From: Candidatus Multivoradales bacterium
GTDB lineage: Bacteria > Acidobacteriota > Thermoanaerobaculia > Multivoradales > J023
Assembly: GCA_965248925.1 (NCBI GenBank)
Contig: CBDFLE010000005.1
Location: 1,440,001 to 1,504,000, forward strand
Direction: 5' to 3'
Length of the DNA stretch: 64,000 bases
In this document: piece by piece, positions 59,894 through 64,000 of the stretch
How positions within the stretch are numbered: the stretch's first letter is position 1
Layout of the letters: every line of letters starts with the position of its first letter
Notes under the pieces: generated by a model
Told to the model about the DNA's origin: nothing
Database searches by the model: none
What the model saw: the letters and a program-made list of their open reading frames with translations, nothing else
Translations under genes and position numbers: made by a program

Positions 59894-61710
59894 CAGGCCG
59901 AGTGCCAGGCGGCGGCGAAACGTCGATCGATGTCGCGCCGCCGTTCGGCGGCATCGCGAGGCGAAACCCGAGCCTCGACCACTGTCGCGCCCGGTCGGGC
60001 GAAGGCCTCTGCGAGGGCTTCTTGCAGCGCCTGCAACGAGTTCGCCTGACGATAGGGCAAGCCGTGAAGAGTGGCCGCTGGCTCCAGCCGCCGATCGTGA
60101 GGGATGGTCCAATGGGTCAGGTGCCCGGCCGCCGCCGGGTGGCCAGCCAGCGGCAATTGTTCGAAAATTCGCCCACCTTGATTGTGAATCACCAGCACCA
60201 CGAACGGAGTTTCGATCCGCGCCGCCGCCGCCAGCCCCCCTGCATCGTGTAAGAAGCTGACATCACCGATCAACAGCGCCGCTGGCCGCCGCAAAACGCT
60301 GGCCGCTCCGGCGCTGCCACTAATCACCCCGTCGATGCCGCTAGCGCCGCGCTGGCTCCACACCGCCCAAGCCACCGGTCGGCCCGGACAATAGGTGTCG
60401 AGATGGCGAATCGGCAGGCTGTTGCCCAGCGCTAGCAGTGCGCCGTCCGGCAAGGCGGTCACCAGCTGCCGCGCCACCGCGCCCTCGCTGAGCCCCTCGA
60501 CGGCCGCCAGGCTGGCATCGACCGCTCCCCAGGCAAGCTGGTCGGCGCGGTGCCACGCTGTCTGCCAGGCATTCAGCGGCGGCACCGAAAATGGCCGCTG
60601 GCGATCTTCATCGAGCAGTTCCGCCAACCACTCCAAGGCGGCTTCGGGCTCACCGATCAGCAGCCGCTCAGCGGTACAGCTCGGATCGTTCCAGCCATGC
60701 TCGGCCAGTACCCAATGGGGAGCCGCGCAACTCTTCAGGTAGCTCGGCCAAGCAGCGCTGGTCGGCGTCCGGCCCAACTGCAACACAAAGTCAGCGGCCA
60801 AGGCCTCTTGAGCCGCTGACGAGCGCAGAATGGTATCAAAAGCATCAGCCCGCGGCATCTCGGGCAACGAGGCGAATCGCTGTTGGCTGGCGGTCTCGGC
60901 CAGCAGCACGGCACCGGTGTCTTGGACGACTTGCGGCAGGGCTAGCCAGGCACCGGCAGGCCAATGGCCAGCAACGCTGGCGGCGCCACCGATGGGTGCT
61001 GGCCCACAGACCACCAGCGGCCGCTCGGCACGGCACAGCTGGTCGGCCAAGGAACAGAGCGTATCGTCGGACGGTAACCGATTCGGTGTAGCCACGGTGA
61101 CGATGGGTCGACTACGTAGATCTTCGGCCAAGCGTTCGAAGGCGATCTCAGGCTCAGCCAACTCCCTCGCCGGTTCCAGCGGCTTGCGCGCCCGAGCATT
61201 CAATTGCACCGCGCCAGGCTCTGGATAGGTGGTCGCATGCACCGCCTGGGCAGCACGGCGCCGCAAACCGGCGAATGCTTCCGGCGCGGCATCAGCCATC
61301 CCGAGGTCGAAAAAACGCCGCGCATGTTGGCCAAACAGACGTTGCTGATCAATGGTCTGGTTAGCGCCGCAGTCGGTCAGTTCGAGCGGCCGATCTGCGG
61401 TCAGCACCAGCAGCGGCACATAGTCGGCACCGGCTTCGACCACCGCCGGCAAGTAGTTGGCGCCGGCGGTGCCCGAGGTGCAGATCAGCAAGCTCGCACG
61501 GCCACTAGCTCGGGCTTGGCCCAGGGCGTAGAAAGCGGCTACCCGCTCGTCCAGAAAGTCGATGCAATCGAGATCGGGATGCTCCAAGGCAGCGAGCACG
61601 AAGGGAGTTGAACGCGAGCCGGGGCTGATCACCACCTGGCGAATGCCGGCGTCGGCGAGACTCCACAGCAGGGTGCGGGCCCACTCTTGCTGCACGTTGG
61701 TCGGACTCAT
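59893..61710 (-). CDS. menD: SEPHCHC synthase
   Basis: SPGSRSTP, DER, CTSGTA, TADRP, RGASGIDG, GDVSFLHD. Confidence 0.96.
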   Translation of the reverse strand: MSPTNVQQEWARTLLWSLADAGIRQVVISPGSRSTPFVLAALEHPDLDCIDFLDERVAAFYALGQARASGRASLLICTSGTAGANYLPAVVEAGADYVPLLVLTADRPLELTDCGANQTIDQQRLFGQHARRFFDLGMADAAPEAFAGLRRRAAQAVHATTYPEPGAVQLNARARKPLEPARELAEPEIAFERLAEDLRSRPIVTVATPNRLPSDDTLCSLADQLCRAERPLVVCGPAPIGGAASVAGHWPAGAWLALPQVVQDTGAVLLAETASQQRFASLPEMPRADAFDTILRSSAAQEALAADFVLQLGRTPTSAAWPSYLKSCAAPHWVLAEHGWNDPSCTAERLLIGEPEAALEWLAELLDEDRQRPFSVPPLNAWQTAWHRADQLAWGAVDASLAAVEGLSEGAVARQLVTALPDGALLALGNSLPIRHLDTYCPGRPVAWAVWSQRGASGIDGVISGSAGAASVLRRPAALLIGDVSFLHDAGGLAAAARIETPFVVLVIHNQGGRIFEQLPLAGHPAAAGHLTHWTIPHDRRLEPAATLHGLPYRQANSLQALQEALAEAFARPGATVVEARVSPRDAAERRRDIDRRFAAAWHSA

Positions 61711-61713
61711 TAG

Positions 61714-63123
61714 CTACTCACCGGCACCGAGGGCGGCCAGCAGAGTGCGCTTTTTTAGCTCGGTTTCGTGGTATTCGAGTTCAGCTTCTGATCCACGAAC
61801 GATGCCCGCACCGACGTAGACAAAAGCGCGCCTGCCGGCGAGTAAGCAGCCGCGCAAAGCGACCGCGAATTCACCATCGCCGCTGCCATCGAACCAGCCG
61901 ATCGGTCCGGCATACCAGCCCCGCGGGTGATCTTCGTTGTCGGCGATCCAACGCCGCGCCCGCTCGCTGGGCACACCACCCACCGCGGGAGTCGGATGCA
62001 ACGCCTCCACCAACTCGAGCACATGCCGCGGCTCGGCCAGGTGACCACGAATCGGGGTGCACAGATGCAGCACCTCGCGCAACTCGCGGATCAGTGGTTC
62101 CTCCGCCACTTCAAGATGACTGGTCAAGGGCGCCAAGCGGCGGACCACCTCGTCGACCACCAGCTGATGTTCCCGCAAATCCTTGCGACTCGACAGCAGC
62201 TCAGCGGCCCGCTCGCCATCGCTGGCGATCGAACCGGCCAGCGCCTCAGTGACGATTTCAGCGCCGTGCCGGCTGATCAACCGTTCCGGCGTGGCACCGA
62301 GAAAAGTGCTCTGCGGCCGGCGAAAGGCGAATCGGGTCGAAGCCAGGAGGCCACGGCCGAGGCGTTCGAGAAAGGCCACCGGATCGGCTGCTCCGGCCAG
62401 CTCCACTAACGAACGACGAGCGGCGACGATCTTCTCCACCTCGCCCGCGGCCACCGCCCGATGCACCCTCTGAACTTGCCGGGACCAGCGCTCGATCGCC
62501 GACTTCTCGACCCGTTCGACGGCCAAGGGCTGAGCGCTGAGGGACGGCGCGGCCAGCGCCCAACTTTCCAGGCCGGCGAGCAACTGCAGCAACTCCTCCG
62601 CCCAACTTGCTGCGCGGTCGCAGCCCAGCTCGAGGTCACAGCGCACCGCCAGACTGAGCGTGGCGGCGTCGGCCGTTCGGCAGTAGGTGATTCGGGGCAA
62701 GGTGAAACAGCCATCGCCAAACTCGGCCCAGGGTTCGGCAGTGGCAGCGCCAACATCAAAAGCCAAACCACCGAGAAAGCGCGGTGCCGGCAACGCCGCA
62801 CCGAGCAGTGACTCACAGACCAAGCGCTCGCCGATCTCACCACTGCGCTGGCGCAAAGTTGCGAAACGACGTTTACCACGCAGCTGAATCCGGTGCGCTG
62901 CGCCCACCCCGGCCACCGCCTGGCCGGTCGGTGGATCCCACAGCACCGCGAAATCGCGAGGGGACAGGCGCAGCAGGCTCTCTGGCGCCACCCGCGGCGC
63001 CGGCACCGCTAGCACCAAAGTGCGAGAGCGCCCGGCATGAGCCGCCAAACGATCCAAGGTGAGTTCCCGCAACCGCGGTGCTACAGCGGCTGGCGGCGAA
63101 CTGGCCAAGCTGGAAAAGCTCAT
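61714..63123 (-). CDS. menF: Isochorismate synthase
   Basis: KIVAAR, GATPERL, ALAGS, LHPTPAVGG, RGWYAG, GAGIV. Confidence 0.92.
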   Translation of the reverse strand: MSFSSLASSPPAAVAPRLRELTLDRLAAHAGRSRTLVLAVPAPRVAPESLLRLSPRDFAVLWDPPTGQAVAGVGAAHRIQLRGKRRFATLRQRSGEIGERLVCESLLGAALPAPRFLGGLAFDVGAATAEPWAEFGDGCFTLPRITYCRTADAATLSLAVRCDLELGCDRAASWAEELLQLLAGLESWALAAPSLSAQPLAVERVEKSAIERWSRQVQRVHRAVAAGEVEKIVAARRSLVELAGAADPVAFLERLGRGLLASTRFAFRRPQSTFLGATPERLISRHGAEIVTEALAGSIASDGERAAELLSSRKDLREHQLVVDEVVRRLAPLTSHLEVAEEPLIRELREVLHLCTPIRGHLAEPRHVLELVEALHPTPAVGGVPSERARRWIADNEDHPRGWYAGPIGWFDGSGDGEFAVALRGCLLAGRRAFVYVGAGIVRGSEAELEYHETELKKRTLLAALGAGE

Positions 63124-63854
63124 CAGTTCGCCTCCGCAGCCGGCCGCGCGACGTACAAGCAGACGACGCCGAAAGTCAGCGGCTCGAGCCGTAACACTTC
63201 CAATCCACACTCGGCCATCAGCGCGGCAAACTCCGTCGGCGGCGGGAAAGCAGCGATCGAACGCTGCAAATAACGGTACTCGGCGGCACCTGACAGCCAG
63301 GCCCCGAGCCGCGGCACTAGATGATGAATGTGAAACCGCGCCAAGCACGCCAACGGCCCATTGCGCGGCTCACCCAACTCGAGAATGGCAATCCTTCCGT
63401 CCGGCCGCACCACCCGCGCCATCTCCGCCAGCGCTCGCCGCCGATCAGCCACGTTGCGAATGCCAAAAGCGATGCTCAACCCATCCAGGCTATCGTCGGC
63501 AATCGGTAAAGCCTCGGCGCTGCCCGCACGCAACTCGACCTGGGTATGGCCACGGCGCGCCAGTTTCTCGCCGGCCACCGCCAGCATACGAGCCGAGGGG
63601 TCGATCCCCACCACCGCCGCGGTTGGCTGCTGGCGCAGGATCTCCAGCGCCACATCGCCGGTGCCGGTGGCCAGATCGAGCACTTGCGCCTCCGCGCCCA
63701 ACTCCAGAGCCGCCACCAAGCGGCGGCGCCAGCCGCGGTCGATGCCCAACGACATCACTCGATTGAGCAGATCGTAACGCTCGGCGATCTGGTCGAACAT
63801 CTCCCCTGAGCCGCCCGGCGGAGCAGCGACCGAAGAGTTGGGCGGTATTGGCAA
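63123..63854 (-). CDS. menG: Demethylmenaquinone methyltransferase
   Basis: MFDQIAERYDLLNRVMSLG, LDLATGTGD, FGIRNV, YRYL. Confidence 0.93.
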   Translation of the reverse strand: MPIPPNSSVAAPPGGSGEMFDQIAERYDLLNRVMSLGIDRGWRRRLVAALELGAEAQVLDLATGTGDVALEILRQQPTAAVVGIDPSARMLAVAGEKLARRGHTQVELRAGSAEALPIADDSLDGLSIAFGIRNVADRRRALAEMARVVRPDGRIAILELGEPRNGPLACLARFHIHHLVPRLGAWLSGAAEYRYLQRSIAAFPPPTEFAALMAECGLEVLRLEPLTFGVVCLYVARPAAEAN

Positions 63855-63866
63855 CTCCCCCCTCCC

Positions 63867-64000
63867 CTACACCCGGCGATTGACGATCGACTCGGCGACC
63901 GTGCGCAAACAGTGGACGGCGTCGCTCTCAGGCAAGAGGCCGAGGGATTCAATGGCGGCGGCAACCCGCTGCCGAGCGAAGGCCAGACAATCATCGACCG
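63867..64000 (-). CDS. Probable polyprenyl diphosphate synthase, C-terminal end (partial)
   Basis: Manual translation VDDCLAFARQRVAAAIESLGLLPESDAVHCLRTVAESIVNRRV*, typical of prenyl synthase C-termini; men operon context. Confidence 0.6.
   Translation of the reverse strand, partial: VDDCLAFARQRVAAAIESLGLLPESDAVHCLRTVAESIVNRRV

Noticed and set aside
1-64000. tRNA, rRNA, prophage or known defence systems
   Set aside because: None recognised by eye; tRNAscan, Infernal or DefenseFinder would be needed to exclude them formally

Overview
GC-rich bacterial chromosomal window. The gene repertoire (TIGR02999-type ECF sigma with a TPR Ser/Thr kinase, an ECF/anti-sigma/CHAT module, a YD/Rhs protein, a carboxypeptidase-regulatory-like protein) suggests Acidobacteriota, probably Thermoanaerobaculia; this is an inference. 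The first ~11 kb is an accessory patchwork. It holds the 3' end of an IS4-family element, an Rhs toxin gene fragment cut at both ends exactly at a 27-bp REP-like palindromic repeat (CTTCATAAGGTGCCTGGCACCTATTTC; 8 full or half copies in 516-10715), a protease/inactive-transglutaminase/ATP-grasp trio, a spermidine-synthase-like membrane methyltransferase, and a truncated IS110 whose end abuts the centre of the repeat. Signalling modules follow, along with a candidate ~260-nt sigma54/IHF-driven structured sRNA (18761-19022), imuA-imuB without dnaE2, and an RnfD-like + DUF2330 pair. Housekeeping and metabolic genes include arfB, trxA, ribF, rimO, hemL, thiO, a ferredoxin and an ALDH7. A PhaR-like regulator sits with a tandem ArsA-ATPase pair, and the window ends in a classical menaquinone operon (polyprenyl synthase-menG-F-D-H-B-A-C-E). 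All calls come from motif recognition by eye; no database searches were run.
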